A stretch of 64,000 nucleotides of DNA from Chloroherpetonaceae bacterium (GCA_046292465.1 JBKBRB010000004.1:36329-100328); one strand, 5' to 3'; positions 1 through 10,400 are shown, counted from the stretch's first letter. Translations and numbers: made by a program. The notes: generated by a model from the letters alone, not told the origin.

Positions 1-1
1 T

Positions 2-856
2 TGGGCAATTCACGAAGAAGAAACAGAACACGATGACGACCACGCCAAACGCAAAGCCGCCGTCGAACGCGCTTACGGCAAGCCGGAAAAAGATACAATT
101 CAAATTCAAATGTCGTCCGCTGAACACCATCACGACCAGCACGAGCACGATGCCGACCACAAACATGAACACGCTAAAAAATCTTCATCAGATAAACACA
201 CGCACTCCGACGGCACACCACACACTGACGGCGACGACCACCCCGACCACAAACACGAGCACGACCATGAGCATGAGCATGCCGTTCCAACCGAAGGCGA
301 TATAACGGCGATTTTAGTCAAAGCCAAAGCCCCGATTTTTTCGCTTCAACTTTACGACAAAATCAATCGTGAGCCTTACGCGCAAGCGGCGTTTGCGGTT
401 AATGAAATCAAAAATCTTTTTGACATTGTCGGCAATGTTGATTGGGCGTTTTTCTTCATCACGGCGTTAGTGATTGTTGTTGCACTGATTGGGGTAATGG
501 TTGCGCTCTACAATTCGCTGGCGGAGCGTCGGCGTGAAATTGCCATTTTGCGCTCGCTGGGGGCGCATCGCTCGAAAATTTTCAGCATCATCGCGCTTGA
601 AGCCGCTTTGACATCATTTTTCGGCGCGCTCTTTGGGATTGTGTTGAGCAAGATTCTTTCGCTCGTGCTTAAAGGGTTCGTTTTGGAGAAAACAGGCATT
701 GAAATTTCGGTTGCACTGTGGAGCGTTGTTGGCGGCGTGCCTGTGGAACTTACGCTCTTGGTGATTGTAACGCTGATTGGCGCGTTAGCGGGCATTATTC
801 CTGCCGTTGAAGCGTATCGAACCGATGTCGCTAAAAATCTTAGTCCTATTAGTTAA
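2..856 (+). CDS. ABC transporter permease (FtsX/MacB type) with His-rich insert, 5'-truncated by window edge; probable metal (Zn/Ni/Co)-related
   Basis: Frame of the 110..856 ORF is open back to base 2 (WAIHEEE...). His/Asp/Glu-rich tract followed by 'DITAILV', and FtsX C-terminal signature 'ERRREIAILRSLGA' with TM helices. Confidence 0.85.
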   Translation, partial: WAIHEEETEHDDDHAKRKAAVERAYGKPEKDTIQIQMSSAEHHHDQHEHDADHKHEHAKKSSSDKHTHSDGTPHTDGDDHPDHKHEHDHEHEHAVPTEGDITAILVKAKAPIFSLQLYDKINREPYAQAAFAVNEIKNLFDIVGNVDWAFFFITALVIVVALIGVMVALYNSLAERRREIAILRSLGAHRSKIFSIIALEAALTSFFGALFGIVLSKILSLVLKGFVLEKTGIEISVALWSVVGGVPVELTLLVIVTLIGALAGIIPAVEAYRTDVAKNLSPIS

Positions 857-3800
857 AAATCGCTGCCAAGCGAAACATAATGTCGTGGCGTCGAGGAGCC
901 GGTCAAGTTATATGCCCACGCCATGTCGTAGCGCAAGACGAGCCCGAAAAAGACCGTTCTAAATCCCCAACCGTAGCCGACGAGCAAATCTTTGAGTTCA
1001 GTATTCCCTTGTGCGTTGCGAATCGTGCCTCGAAACGAGCGGTCAGACCATGCACCACCGATATCTAAGAACAAAACGCCTTGCAAGTAGTAGAACGGAA
1101 TCGGCACAGGACCGAACGCCAAGTATTGCAAGAAGGGATAGCGCAGTTCGAAGTTTGCCAGTGCGAAGTTTGTTCCGTTTTGGCGATTGAAATTAAATCC
1201 GCGTAGGGGAATGGCAGGCGTTGTGAAAATGAAATCTTGCACTTCGGTAATCGGAATGGCATTGTTCTCGAAGCGGCGATTAATCCAGTTTTCCGTGCCG
1301 CCGATGAAGAACTTTTGCGGCGTTGGTCCAAAACTTGTTGCTCCTGAAAAACGCATCACGAACGAGTAGTAGCCGCCTAAATTGTAGTAGCGGCGATAAT
1401 CAGCAAGAATCGTCCCGAAACTCACACGGCTGAACGCTGTGCCTGAAAAACTCACTGCCCAGCGCGAGCCTGCAATCGGCGAATAGAGAAATGGACGCGA
1501 ATCGTCGTGCGTAAATGTGATGCTCGGATAAATGAATGAGACATTATCGTTGCCGAACCCACCGTCGAGATTTTCTTTGGAAAGCGTCAAGTAGCCTACG
1601 CTGAAATCAACGCGATTAAACCGTGAAAAGGGATACGACATTCCAAGCGTTGCACCATAAACGCGGAATCGGAAGAAGTTCACGAAGGCAGGATTTTCGG
1701 GGTCTAAAATGCCCAAGAAGCGTGCCGTGTGATAGGCACTGATGCTGTAATCGATGCGTTCAGGCAAATAGGCGTAAGTAATGCCGTAGTTGCTGTTTTG
1801 TAAGTCAAATTGCAGGTTCGTAAAAATGCTCAACTGATGATTGCCTAAGAGGTCGCTGAACGCGAAAATGCCTGAACCTTGTGCGCCCCAAATGGCATCG
1901 TAACTTGCGCCGCCATAAACAATGTCGGGCGTGAAGTTGACCTTGTATCGTCGCACGCGATATTCGCCGCTTTCATCGATGTTTTTTTTGGGGGCTTTTT
2001 TTGCAGGCGCGTTTTCTTCGCGTTTTTCTTTGGCTTCCTTGAAGGTTTGCACTAATCCTCTATCAAAAACAAAGGTCTTCACATCGACAGGCGGTGCAGA
2101 AGCAATCTTGGTCGTGTCTTTGGGACTTTCTTTTGCCGATGTCGTGGTGGTGCTATCGCGCTGAATACTTGAAGAATCTGCTGTCTCGAGATTGACAAAG
2201 TCAGAAACGGACGGAGTTCCCGCCAAAGTTAAATTTTCCGAGTTAAAGAGCGATGCGGTTGGCACATTCTTCAACTTATCAAGTCCTGTAACTGCGTAAA
2301 ACTTTTGCCGTTGCACTTCGACGTGTTGTTTGCCCCACACTGTTGGCTCGAGTGTGCCGTCAGGTTGCACATCTCTGGCGCGTCGCTCAAAGGGCGTGCG
2401 GAGCATGAAGACATCGAAGCCTGCATAATCCAGCCCAACGCCTAAGAGTTTCGTGCCGTCGCGCGAAATGGAAATTTGCCGTATGCCAGAAAGCAAATTC
2501 GTAACTGGTCGCACCTTTGCCACTTGGGCTGAATCAGTTTTGTAAGAGTCAAGCGGCTTATCGATGTCTAATTGCAGTTCATAGAGGTTATAGACACCAT
2601 TCGCATCGGAAACGAACAGCATCTTTTTATCGTCTGGCGAGAGCACGGGCGAGGTTTCGTCAATGCCTTGTGTTGCAGTGAGCCGACGCAAATTGCTTTC
2701 GCCAATCACGAGTTCATACAAATCTAATTGCGAATAATCGTGCAAGCGCATTTTGAAGACGGCTTCTTCCGCCTCTTTTGTTTTCTTCTTCTTTTTCTTT
2801 TGAATCGGCACATCGCGCGAATTGACGCTCAAATAGCCTTGACGGTCAGAAGCAAAAATGATGCGCGTGCCGTCGTTTGTCCAAACTGGGTCGCTATCGC
2901 TAAACACATCGTTTGTCAGGTTCGTGAGGCGATTGGTGGCAAATTCGTAAATGTAAATATCGCTCTTGTAGTCGTTGTGTCCGACAAAGGCAATGCGTTT
3001 GCCATCGGGCGACCACTTCGTGGTGAAAATGCCGTCCAACTCGAACGTGAGCTTTTCAGTTTTCTTTGTGCGAACGTCAATGAGCATCACCGCGTCTTGT
3101 TCGCCGGCTTTTGTCGCGATGGCAATTTTGCTCCCATCAGGAGACCACGAAATGCCGGGCGTCAGGATTTTCAGCTCCTCAAAGTTCGGCGTGGTTTGTC
3201 CGTCGATGAGTTTGACAAATTCGGTTGGGTTAATCGTTGAGCCGAGATAGATATCGAACTTTCCATTTCTATCCGTAATAAAGGCGAACTTATCGCCTTG
3301 TGGTGAAATCGCAGGCGAGGTGTTGTAGTTGCTTCCGTCTTTTTTGTGGTCGGTGAGTTTTTTTGCTATAGCGTTAATGTCTTCGCGTTTCGCGATTTCG
3401 GGCCAATAGATAATTTTTTGTTCGCGTTGCCATTTTTCTGAAAGTTCTTCAATAGATAAGCCAATCGCGCCACGGAAGGCTAAATCTACGCTACGTGTCG
3501 CTCGAAGCCGGGCCATAATCTCGCCGATTTTTTCGCGTCCATATTTTTCCGACACAAATCGCCAAACCGACTGTCCGCCACGATACGCAAAGTAGCCGTA
3601 GAGATAGGGAATCGGCGCGAGGTAATTATTGATGACGGCGTCCATCAAAAACATATCGCTGTTCGTGTCCCACTCGAGCGATTGAAATTCGGCGATGCCT
3701 TCGTTGAACCACAGCGGCACTTGAACGCGAATGTTATTGCTAATCGCGTTTTGCAAAGAGCCGCCATAAACCAAATCATTCACAACAGCGTGAATAAGTT

Positions 3801-4212
3801 CGTGATGAATTACGTGTCGGAATTTTTTGTAATCGCCCTCGAAGGGAAGCACAATGCGATTTTTGTAGAGCTCGGTAACACCACCAACACCTTCAGGCAA
3901 GTATTCGCTAATGACATTATTTTGCTGAAAATCGTTGTGCGATTTCATCACGATAATTGAAATGCGATTGTTAATATCGTAATTGAAATCTTTGCGAATG
4001 GTCTCGTAAGCCGCTTCGCACGCGTCTGCGGTAAATCGTGCTAAATACTCACCGCCTTCGGTGAAATAGACATCGAAGTGACGCGACTGCACATAGTTCC
4101 ATTCAAAATTGCGATACTGAACCTTGTTCTTGCCAAATGCAAAATACTGTGCCTTTAATTCTGAACATGAAAGCAGCAATAGTGTAACAAACAAGAAAAT
4201 TCTCGCTGACAT
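853..4212 (-). CDS. Secreted/outer-membrane protein: peptidase MA-like domain + TolB/PD40 beta-propeller + Omp85/BamA-like barrel
   Basis: Signal peptide from MSARIFLF, 'FGKNKVQY', HELIH...WFNEGIAE zincin motif, SPDG/WSPDG repeats, 'LRGF...NFELRYP' barrel motif, C-terminal Phe (GSDF). Confidence 0.85.
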   Translation of the reverse strand: MSARIFLFVTLLLLSCSELKAQYFAFGKNKVQYRNFEWNYVQSRHFDVYFTEGGEYLARFTADACEAAYETIRKDFNYDINNRISIIVMKSHNDFQQNNVISEYLPEGVGGVTELYKNRIVLPFEGDYKKFRHVIHHELIHAVVNDLVYGGSLQNAISNNIRVQVPLWFNEGIAEFQSLEWDTNSDMFLMDAVINNYLAPIPYLYGYFAYRGGQSVWRFVSEKYGREKIGEIMARLRATRSVDLAFRGAIGLSIEELSEKWQREQKIIYWPEIAKREDINAIAKKLTDHKKDGSNYNTSPAISPQGDKFAFITDRNGKFDIYLGSTINPTEFVKLIDGQTTPNFEELKILTPGISWSPDGSKIAIATKAGEQDAVMLIDVRTKKTEKLTFELDGIFTTKWSPDGKRIAFVGHNDYKSDIYIYEFATNRLTNLTNDVFSDSDPVWTNDGTRIIFASDRQGYLSVNSRDVPIQKKKKKKTKEAEEAVFKMRLHDYSQLDLYELVIGESNLRRLTATQGIDETSPVLSPDDKKMLFVSDANGVYNLYELQLDIDKPLDSYKTDSAQVAKVRPVTNLLSGIRQISISRDGTKLLGVGLDYAGFDVFMLRTPFERRARDVQPDGTLEPTVWGKQHVEVQRQKFYAVTGLDKLKNVPTASLFNSENLTLAGTPSVSDFVNLETADSSSIQRDSTTTTSAKESPKDTTKIASAPPVDVKTFVFDRGLVQTFKEAKEKREENAPAKKAPKKNIDESGEYRVRRYKVNFTPDIVYGGASYDAIWGAQGSGIFAFSDLLGNHQLSIFTNLQFDLQNSNYGITYAYLPERIDYSISAYHTARFLGILDPENPAFVNFFRFRVYGATLGMSYPFSRFNRVDFSVGYLTLSKENLDGGFGNDNVSFIYPSITFTHDDSRPFLYSPIAGSRWAVSFSGTAFSRVSFGTILADYRRYYNLGGYYSFVMRFSGATSFGPTPQKFFIGGTENWINRRFENNAIPITEVQDFIFTTPAIPLRGFNFNRQNGTNFALANFELRYPFLQYLAFGPVPIPFYYLQGVLFLDIGGAWSDRSFRGTIRNAQGNTELKDLLVGYGWGFRTVFFGLVLRYDMAWAYNLTGSSTPRHYVSLGSDF

Positions 4213-4346
4213 TGTTCTCTCAATGGTTGATTGATAAAACCACTTTTGTTTCACATCATAAACACGAAGTTTTAACTTACAAATTCACCTGAAAATTTCC
4301 AGCCAATAGGGCAACTTGTGGACACAATTTTCACAACACTAACACA

Positions 4347-4634
4347 ATGCCGATTGAACTGACACGCGCACACGAGCGATTCGCTTTTTCCAACCATCAA
4401 TGGGAAGAGTTACTTCTTGTCGCCAAAGATTTTGGTTGGAAACCCCAAGACGCGCCACACGACGATTGGGAACGCATTTACTTTGCTTCCAACGGCGACC
4501 TCATTTCTGAACGCGACGCCCTCGCCCTCGCCGAAGCCCTCGAGCGCGCCTTGCCCAAACTTTCTGAACCGACTCGAACGCATTATCTCGACTTTCTTAA
4601 CTTCAGCAAACGCGGCGCATTCCGAATCGAGTAA
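4347..4634 (+). CDS. Hypothetical protein (95 aa)
   Basis: ATG ORF after A/C-rich leader, plausible composition, 4 bp before the EVE gene. Confidence 0.65.
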   Translation: MPIELTRAHERFAFSNHQWEELLLVAKDFGWKPQDAPHDDWERIYFASNGDLISERDALALAEALERALPKLSEPTRTHYLDFLNFSKRGAFRIE

Positions 4635-4638
4635 AACG

Positions 4639-5025
4639 ATGCACTATCTCTTAAAAACTGAACCGAGCGATTACAGCATCGAGCACCTTCAACGCGACGC
4701 TCAATGCACTTGGGACGGCGTCGAGAACGCTCTCGCGCTCAAACACCTTCGCACCATTCACAAAGGCGACCGATGCTTCATTTACCACACAGGAAAAGAA
4801 AAACAAATTGTCGGACTTGCCGAAGCCATAAGCGAACCTTACCAAACACAAAACGCATGGGTCATTGACCTCAAATTCGTTCAGCGTTATGCTCAAACGC
4901 TCTCGCTGGCGCAGATGAAAGCCGATAAAACCTTCGCCGCATTTGACCTACTTCGCCTGCCTCGACTTTCAGTGATGCCTGTGCCCGATACGATTGCACA
5001 AGAAATTTTGAACCGCGTCAAATAA
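4639..5025 (+). CDS. EVE domain protein
   Basis: MHYLLKTEP...WDGVEN...GDRCFIYHTG...RLSVMPV, typical EVE motifs; start re-set to ATG 4639. Confidence 0.9.
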   Translation: MHYLLKTEPSDYSIEHLQRDAQCTWDGVENALALKHLRTIHKGDRCFIYHTGKEKQIVGLAEAISEPYQTQNAWVIDLKFVQRYAQTLSLAQMKADKTFAAFDLLRLPRLSVMPVPDTIAQEILNRVK

Positions 5026-5027
5026 TT

Positions 5028-5813
5028 GTGATAGAACTTTTCGCTCCACTCTCTATCAGCGACCTTTTGCCGCTTTGCGCGTTTGCCTTTCTTGCAGGAT
5101 TTATTGATTCCATCGTGGGGGGCGGCGGTCTGATTCAACTGCCTGCGCTCTTCATTTTCGCGCCGCAATACGAACACCCAACGATTTTCGGAACCAATAA
5201 ACTCTCTTCCATTTGCGGCACCAGCATCGCCACCGTGCAATATGCGCGCCGAATCGAACTCGATTGGCGCATTGCACTTCTTACTGCAACCTTTGCATTT
5301 CTTTTTTCTTTCTTGGGCGCAAGCGTTGTGAGTTTCATTCCGAAAGAAACCTTACGCCCGCTCGTGCTTTTCCTTTTGATTGCGGTCGGCGTTTATACTG
5401 CACTGAACAAAAACTTCGGTGCGATTCACGCGCCAAAACTCAACACTCAACGCGCCAACCTTTACGCCATGCTTCTCGGCGCAGGCATTGGATTTTACGA
5501 TGGCTTCTTCGGACCAGGAACAGGCAGTTTTCTCATCGTGGCGTTCATCGGCATTTTTGGATATGATTTTCTTCGCGCCTCTGCCACAGCAAAAGTGGTG
5601 AATTTTTCTACAAACCTCGCCGCGCTTTCCTACTTTGCGCCGACAGGCAAAGTGATTTTCGCGCTTGGATTTATGATGGGCACGTTCAACATCATCGGCG
5701 CGATTTTCGGCGCACGCTTGGCAATGCTCAAAGGCAGTGCGCTCGTCAGAGTCTTGTTCCTGCTCGTTATCGGCGCGATGATTCTCAAGTTCGGATATGA
5801 TACATTGGCTTAG
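5028..5813 (+). CDS. TSUP/TauE/SafE family membrane transporter
   Basis: 'AGFIDSIVGGGGLI', 'GTNK', 'GFYDGFFGPGTGSF' motifs, multiple TM helices. Confidence 0.92.
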   Translation: MIELFAPLSISDLLPLCAFAFLAGFIDSIVGGGGLIQLPALFIFAPQYEHPTIFGTNKLSSICGTSIATVQYARRIELDWRIALLTATFAFLFSFLGASVVSFIPKETLRPLVLFLLIAVGVYTALNKNFGAIHAPKLNTQRANLYAMLLGAGIGFYDGFFGPGTGSFLIVAFIGIFGYDFLRASATAKVVNFSTNLAALSYFAPTGKVIFALGFMMGTFNIIGAIFGARLAMLKGSALVRVLFLLVIGAMILKFGYDTLA

Positions 5814-5822
5814 ATTTAGCGA

Positions 5823-5854
5823 TTTGATTTCCCTTATCGCTTTTTGTAAATTTG
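5823..5854 (+). promoter_or_regulatory. Bacteroidetes/Chlorobi-type promoter for atpA (TTTG-N20-TAAATTTG)
   Basis: TTTG at 5823-5826 and TAAATTTG at 5847-5854, matching the -33/-7 consensus TTTG-N19-21-TAnnTTTG. Confidence 0.6.
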
Positions 5855-5920
5855 CCGCCTCTTTAAGTTTTTTATTCAACTTTCAACTTTCCAAATAAAG
5901 ATTTAACGCTTTTCACAAAT

Positions 5921-7507
5921 ATGTCAGCATCTACCGCAGTTCGTCCCGACGAAATTTCCGCCATTCTTCGCAAACAACTTTCAGGATTTGATAACGAAGC
6001 CGATACTTACGATGTCGGCACAGTGCTCCAAGTTGGAGATGGAATCGCTCGTATTTATGGGCTTTCAAAGGTCATGGCGGGCGAATTGATTGAGTTGCCG
6101 CATGGCGTAATGGGTATGGTGCTGAACCTTGAAGAAGACAATGTCGGTGCCGTGCTTTTCGGCGAAACAGATTTAATTCGCGAAGGCGACCAAGTTAAAC
6201 GCACGAAAATTTTGGCATCAGTGCCCGTCGGCGAAGCGATGCTTGGGCGCGTCATCAACCCGCTCGGTCAGCCGATTGACGGCAAAGGCGCGATTGAAAC
6301 TAAAATTCGCCTTCCACTTGAACGCCGCGCACCGGGCGTTATCTATCGCGAACCTGTCAAAGAGCCGCTTCAAACAGGCATTAAAGCCATTGACTCGATG
6401 ATTCCTATCGGACGCGGACAGCGCGAACTTATCATCGGCGACCGCCAAACCGGAAAAACCGCCGTTGCTGTCGATACCATCATCAACCAAAAAGGCTCAG
6501 ACGTTTATTGCATTTATGTTGCCGTTGGTCAGAAAGGCTCAACGGTGGCACAAGTGGTTGCCACGCTTGAAAAATACGGCGCAATGGAATACACAACCGT
6601 CATCTCCGCAACCGCCAGCGACCCTGCGCCGCTTCAATACATCGCGCCATTTGCAGGTGCGGCGTTGGGCGAATACTTCCGCGACACCGGTCGGCACGCG
6701 CTCGTCATTTATGACGACCTTTCCAAACAAGCCGTTGCGTATCGCCAACTTTCACTCTTGCTCCGCCGTCCGCCAGGGCGCGAAGCCTATCCGGGCGATG
6801 TCTTTTACTTGCACTCTCGCCTTTTGGAGCGCGCCGCAAAAATCAATCGCGATGATAAAATCGCACAAGCCATGAACGACCTTCCAGAAGTTATCAAGCC
6901 GATGGTCAAAGGCGGCGGCTCGCTCACTGCACTCCCCGTTATTGAAACCCAAGCAGGCGACGTCTCGGCTTACATTCCAACCAATGTGATTTCAATTACA
7001 GATGGGCAGATTTACCTCGAATCTGGACTGTTCAACAGCGGCGTGCGTCCTGCCATCAATGTCGGCATTTCAGTTTCGCGCGTCGGCGGCTCAGCACAAA
7101 TCAAAGCCATGAAAAAAGTCGCCGGCACTTTGCGGCTCGACCTTGCCAGCTACCGCAGCCTTGAAGCCTTTGCCAAATTCGGCAGCGACCTCGATAAAGC
7201 CACACAAGCCCAACTCACGCGCGGACAACGCATGGTCGAAGTCTTGAAGCAAGGGCAATATCAACCCATTCCTGTTGCTAAGCAGGTCGCAATTATCTAT
7301 GTTGGCTCAATCGGCATTCTCGACAGCATTCCCGTTAATCTTGTGCGCGACTTTGAAAAGGAATTCATCGAGTTCGTCGAGCGTCAAGAAAAAAATCCGA
7401 TTCAAATGCTATCTGAAAAGAAAGATCTCACCGATGAAATTGCTTCCGACCTCAAAAAATTGGCGACGCAATTCGCGGAAACCTTCAAAGCAAAGCATAC
7501 AAAGTAA
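5921..7507 (+). CDS. atpA: F0F1 ATP synthase subunit alpha
   Basis: GDRQTGKT P-loop, '[26 protein letters not shown]', Bacteroidetes/Chlorobi-type insert before GGGSLTALP. Confidence 0.99.
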   Translation: MSASTAVRPDEISAILRKQLSGFDNEADTYDVGTVLQVGDGIARIYGLSKVMAGELIELPHGVMGMVLNLEEDNVGAVLFGETDLIREGDQVKRTKILASVPVGEAMLGRVINPLGQPIDGKGAIETKIRLPLERRAPGVIYREPVKEPLQTGIKAIDSMIPIGRGQRELIIGDRQTGKTAVAVDTIINQKGSDVYCIYVAVGQKGSTVAQVVATLEKYGAMEYTTVISATASDPAPLQYIAPFAGAALGEYFRDTGRHALVIYDDLSKQAVAYRQLSLLLRRPPGREAYPGDVFYLHSRLLERAAKINRDDKIAQAMNDLPEVIKPMVKGGGSLTALPVIETQAGDVSAYIPTNVISITDGQIYLESGLFNSGVRPAINVGISVSRVGGSAQIKAMKKVAGTLRLDLASYRSLEAFAKFGSDLDKATQAQLTRGQRMVEVLKQGQYQPIPVAKQVAIIYVGSIGILDSIPVNLVRDFEKEFIEFVERQEKNPIQMLSEKKDLTDEIASDLKKLATQFAETFKAKHTK

Positions 7508-7570
7508 CCGCACGCCAGCGGCTGAAAGCCGTTAGCGCAATGATGTTTGAAGTTTAAATACTTTTTCAAA

Positions 7571-8449
7571 ATGGCAACACTCAGAGAAATTCGCGGGCGC
7601 ATTAAAGGCGTGAAAACGACACAACAAGTAACCAAAGCCATGAAAATGGTAGCGGCAGCAAAGTTGCGTCGTTCGCAAGACGCTGTGCTTCAAGCCCGAC
7701 CCTACGCATTCAAGTTGAAAGAACTCCTTGAATCACTCTCGCAAAAAGTTGACACGTCGCTCTTTCCGCTTCTTTCGCCGCGCAAAGAGGTGAAAAGCGT
7801 GCTTGTGATTGCCGTTGCCGCCGATAGAGGGCTTTGCGGTGGATTCAATTCAAACTTGTTCAAAACGGCACACCAAGTTATCGATGGCGAATACGGCGCG
7901 CTGCTCAAAGCAGGTAAAGTCAAGATGATTTGTGTCGGGAAGCGTAGCGTCGAGCATTTCATCAAAGGCGGCTATCAAGTTGTTGGAGAATACGGCGGCA
8001 TTTTCAGCAAAATCGAGTTTGCATCGGCGAAAGCGATTGCCGAACAAGCCACCAAGATGTATTTGAACGGCGAAGTCGACCGCGTTGTCGTGGTCTATAA
8101 CGAGTTCAAATCGCTTCTGGCTTCAAAACTCAAAACGGACATTTTCTTGCCGATTCAGCCAAGCGAGAAAAAGACGACCATCAGTAGCGACTACATTTAC
8201 GAGCCGTCGCCCGAAGCCATTATCAACGACCTTGTGCCGCGTCATCTTTCTACTCAAATCTGGCGCATTTTGCTTGAATCCTTCGCCGCAGAACAAGCCG
8301 CGCGCATGATGGCAATGGAATCAGCAACCGACAACGCCAAAGAACTCCTGCGCACACTTTCCATCACTTACAACCGCGCACGCCAAGCCGCAATCACGAA
8401 AGAAATTATTGAAATCGTTAGCGGTGCAAATGCCTTGCAATCTGAATAG
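7571..8449 (+). CDS. atpG: F0F1 ATP synthase subunit gamma
   Basis: '[11 protein letters not shown]', 'DRGLCG', '[12 protein letters not shown]', '[19 protein letters not shown]'. Confidence 0.99.
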   Translation: MATLREIRGRIKGVKTTQQVTKAMKMVAAAKLRRSQDAVLQARPYAFKLKELLESLSQKVDTSLFPLLSPRKEVKSVLVIAVAADRGLCGGFNSNLFKTAHQVIDGEYGALLKAGKVKMICVGKRSVEHFIKGGYQVVGEYGGIFSKIEFASAKAIAEQATKMYLNGEVDRVVVVYNEFKSLLASKLKTDIFLPIQPSEKKTTISSDYIYEPSPEAIINDLVPRHLSTQIWRILLESFAAEQAARMMAMESATDNAKELLRTLSITYNRARQAAITKEIIEIVSGANALQSE

Positions 8450-8476
8450 ATCAATCATATTTTTCACAGCAAAATA

Positions 8477-8510
8477 AAAGAGGGCGGTCGCTCCGCCCTT
8501 TTCTGTTTTG
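8477..8510. terminator. Intrinsic terminator, probably bidirectional, between convergent atpG and the lipoprotein gene
   Basis: agggcgg-tcgct-ccgccct hairpin flanked by A-rich and T-rich tracts. Confidence 0.8.
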
Positions 8511-8528
8511 ATATGAGATAGAAATTCG

Positions 8529-9740
8529 TCAGCGGCGATTTTGAAACACAACCCAATTTCTTCGGAAGTCTTCCACTTCGGCATTTGAAAAGCCATAGAT
8601 TTGCGCTAATCGCTCAATGACGCCTGTGTTCGGGTCGTTGCGTCCGTCTAATCGGAAGAGTTGCGCGGTGGCGGAATTGTTGCTCAAAAAGAGATACGAC
8701 TGCGCGCTTGCCGTTTGGTCGAATGGCGCACGGAGCAGGCTTAAGAGTTCGTCGATTTGTGCATCTGTGATTCGGCGTTGATTAGCGGGAACGGCTTTCC
8801 AGCCTGAAAGGAATCCGATACATTCGCCGTAGGCGTGCATTGCACTTGCAACGACGGCATCATCGCGGTTTGCTTGGGTTAATCCTGCCAGTGTCGAGTG
8901 GCAGTAGTTAATGACGGTTGCCATGAGGGCTTTTTCCCAGTTGAGTTTGAAGTCGGCGAGGGCTTGGTCGCGTTGCGCATTAAACGCTGACCCACCTTTC
9001 ACAGCGGCTTGTGCGGTAATTAAATTGCGCTTGATTTGAGCGTAAAGGCTATTGGCATTGGCACTGTCGCTACGGCGAGCGGCGTATTGCGCCGAAAAGC
9101 GGTCGCGGTTCGGGTCGCTGTTGCGTTCATTATTTCCGAAGCCCGGCTTTGCGCCGTAAATTTCTACAAGTTTGTGAATAGTCGCTTCGGTGATATTGCC
9201 TGCGCTAATGAGCGAGACGGCATGGTTATACATAGCGGCGGCGAAAAGTCCCTTCTCGACCACTTGCTCCAATTCCAGCACATTTTCATCGAAGAGGTAG
9301 CCTGCACGTCCGCCTACTGTGCTTGGAATCACGCCGCCGTCACCTGTTGGTGCATTTTCCCAAGCATAGCGCACGCCTTTGCCGCTTGCGCGAGCAAGTT
9401 CAGTCAAAGCAACATCAATTTTTGATTGGTAGCTTGCGCCCGTTACGGTACGGAGCGTCGTGCCGTTGTAAAGATTTTGCAACGCGGCAAGCGTAACGGT
9501 TGAATCCATGTGTCTGCCCACTTGCATGCGGCTCGTGAGTGCTGCCAACTCGGAACTCACTTGGGATTCGGTTGCGACATTTGCCGTGTAGCCTGTTGAA
9601 TCATAAACGCTCGGAATTTGAAGGTCAGGCGGAGGCGGCGTGGTTACCTTGTCGTCTTCCTTACAAGAAGCGAAGAAAACAAGTATAAAGCCACAGAGTG
9701 CGTAAAGGCGAAGCGATGAGTTCATTTGAAACAGTTTCAT
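8529..9740 (-). CDS. Lipoprotein, DUF4856-like (probable iron-regulated)
   Basis: Lipobox FFASC, 'ELEQVVEKGLF', 'HAYGECIGF' resemble DUF4856 proteins; upstream palindrome. Confidence 0.6.
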   Translation of the reverse strand: MKLFQMNSSLRLYALCGFILVFFASCKEDDKVTTPPPPDLQIPSVYDSTGYTANVATESQVSSELAALTSRMQVGRHMDSTVTLAALQNLYNGTTLRTVTGASYQSKIDVALTELARASGKGVRYAWENAPTGDGGVIPSTVGGRAGYLFDENVLELEQVVEKGLFAAAMYNHAVSLISAGNITEATIHKLVEIYGAKPGFGNNERNSDPNRDRFSAQYAARRSDSANANSLYAQIKRNLITAQAAVKGGSAFNAQRDQALADFKLNWEKALMATVINYCHSTLAGLTQANRDDAVVASAMHAYGECIGFLSGWKAVPANQRRITDAQIDELLSLLRAPFDQTASAQSYLFLSNNSATAQLFRLDGRNDPNTGVIERLAQIYGFSNAEVEDFRRNWVVFQNRR

Positions 9741-9769
9741 TGATGATTGAGATTAAGTTTTAAAAATAC

Positions 9770-9793
9770 TTATTTAGACTTAATCTAAAATAA
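9770..9793. promoter_or_regulatory. AT-rich palindromic operator (Fur-like) upstream of the lipoprotein gene
   Basis: TTATTTAGA-CTTAA-TCTAAAATAA, core TTTAGA-N5-TCTAAA, 30 bp from the start codon. Confidence 0.5.
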
Positions 9794-9837
9794 CTTAAAG
9801 AAATCGATTTTCAAAACATCACAGCGGCTTTGGCAAC

Positions 9838-10400
9838 TTAGTAGAGCATCCAAGTGTCTTTACTGCTGCCGCCTTGCGAGGAGTTGACGACGAGCAAGCC
9901 TTTTTTGAGAGCAGCACGTGTTAAGCCATCGGGAAGGACGTGAATTTTTTCGCCGCAGAGAATGTAGGCGCGAACATCGACGAGGCGTCCTTCTATTTTG
10001 CTGCCATTAACGACGTGGAGGGGCTTCGCGAGGGTCAAGCGTGGGCAGGGCGATATAGTTGCGAGGATTTTCCTGAATGTATCTTGGTATAAGTAATACC
10101 TAATCATTTTCGGCACGAAGGCATAGCGACTTTGTCGTCGGCGATGCCAGTGCCGGGCGCATTAACAAGCGCAGCATTGCTTTTTTGTAGGCATTAAAAA
10201 TGCCCGGAATTCCGAGCAAGAGAATCGGGGGAGAAAGACGGTCGAGGCGATGAACAACATTGTCGATACAGCGATAAATCATATCAACGCGCTTGAGTCC
10301 TTTGGGATATGCATGAACGCTATATCGTCTTTAACGATGAGGTCGGTTGCTGACCACGAGTTGAACGCTTATTTGTTGCGCCAGAAATGCATGCTCGCGT
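9838..10400 (-). pseudogene. Degraded C-terminal fragment of a circularly permuted type 2 ATP-grasp protein
   Basis: Fragments in different frames: EHAFLAQQISVQLV / DLIVKDD / KGLKRVDMIYR / LLGIPGIFNAY / PKMIRYYL / VDVRAYIL...GLTRAALKKGLLVVNSSQGGSSKDTW. Confidence 0.85.
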
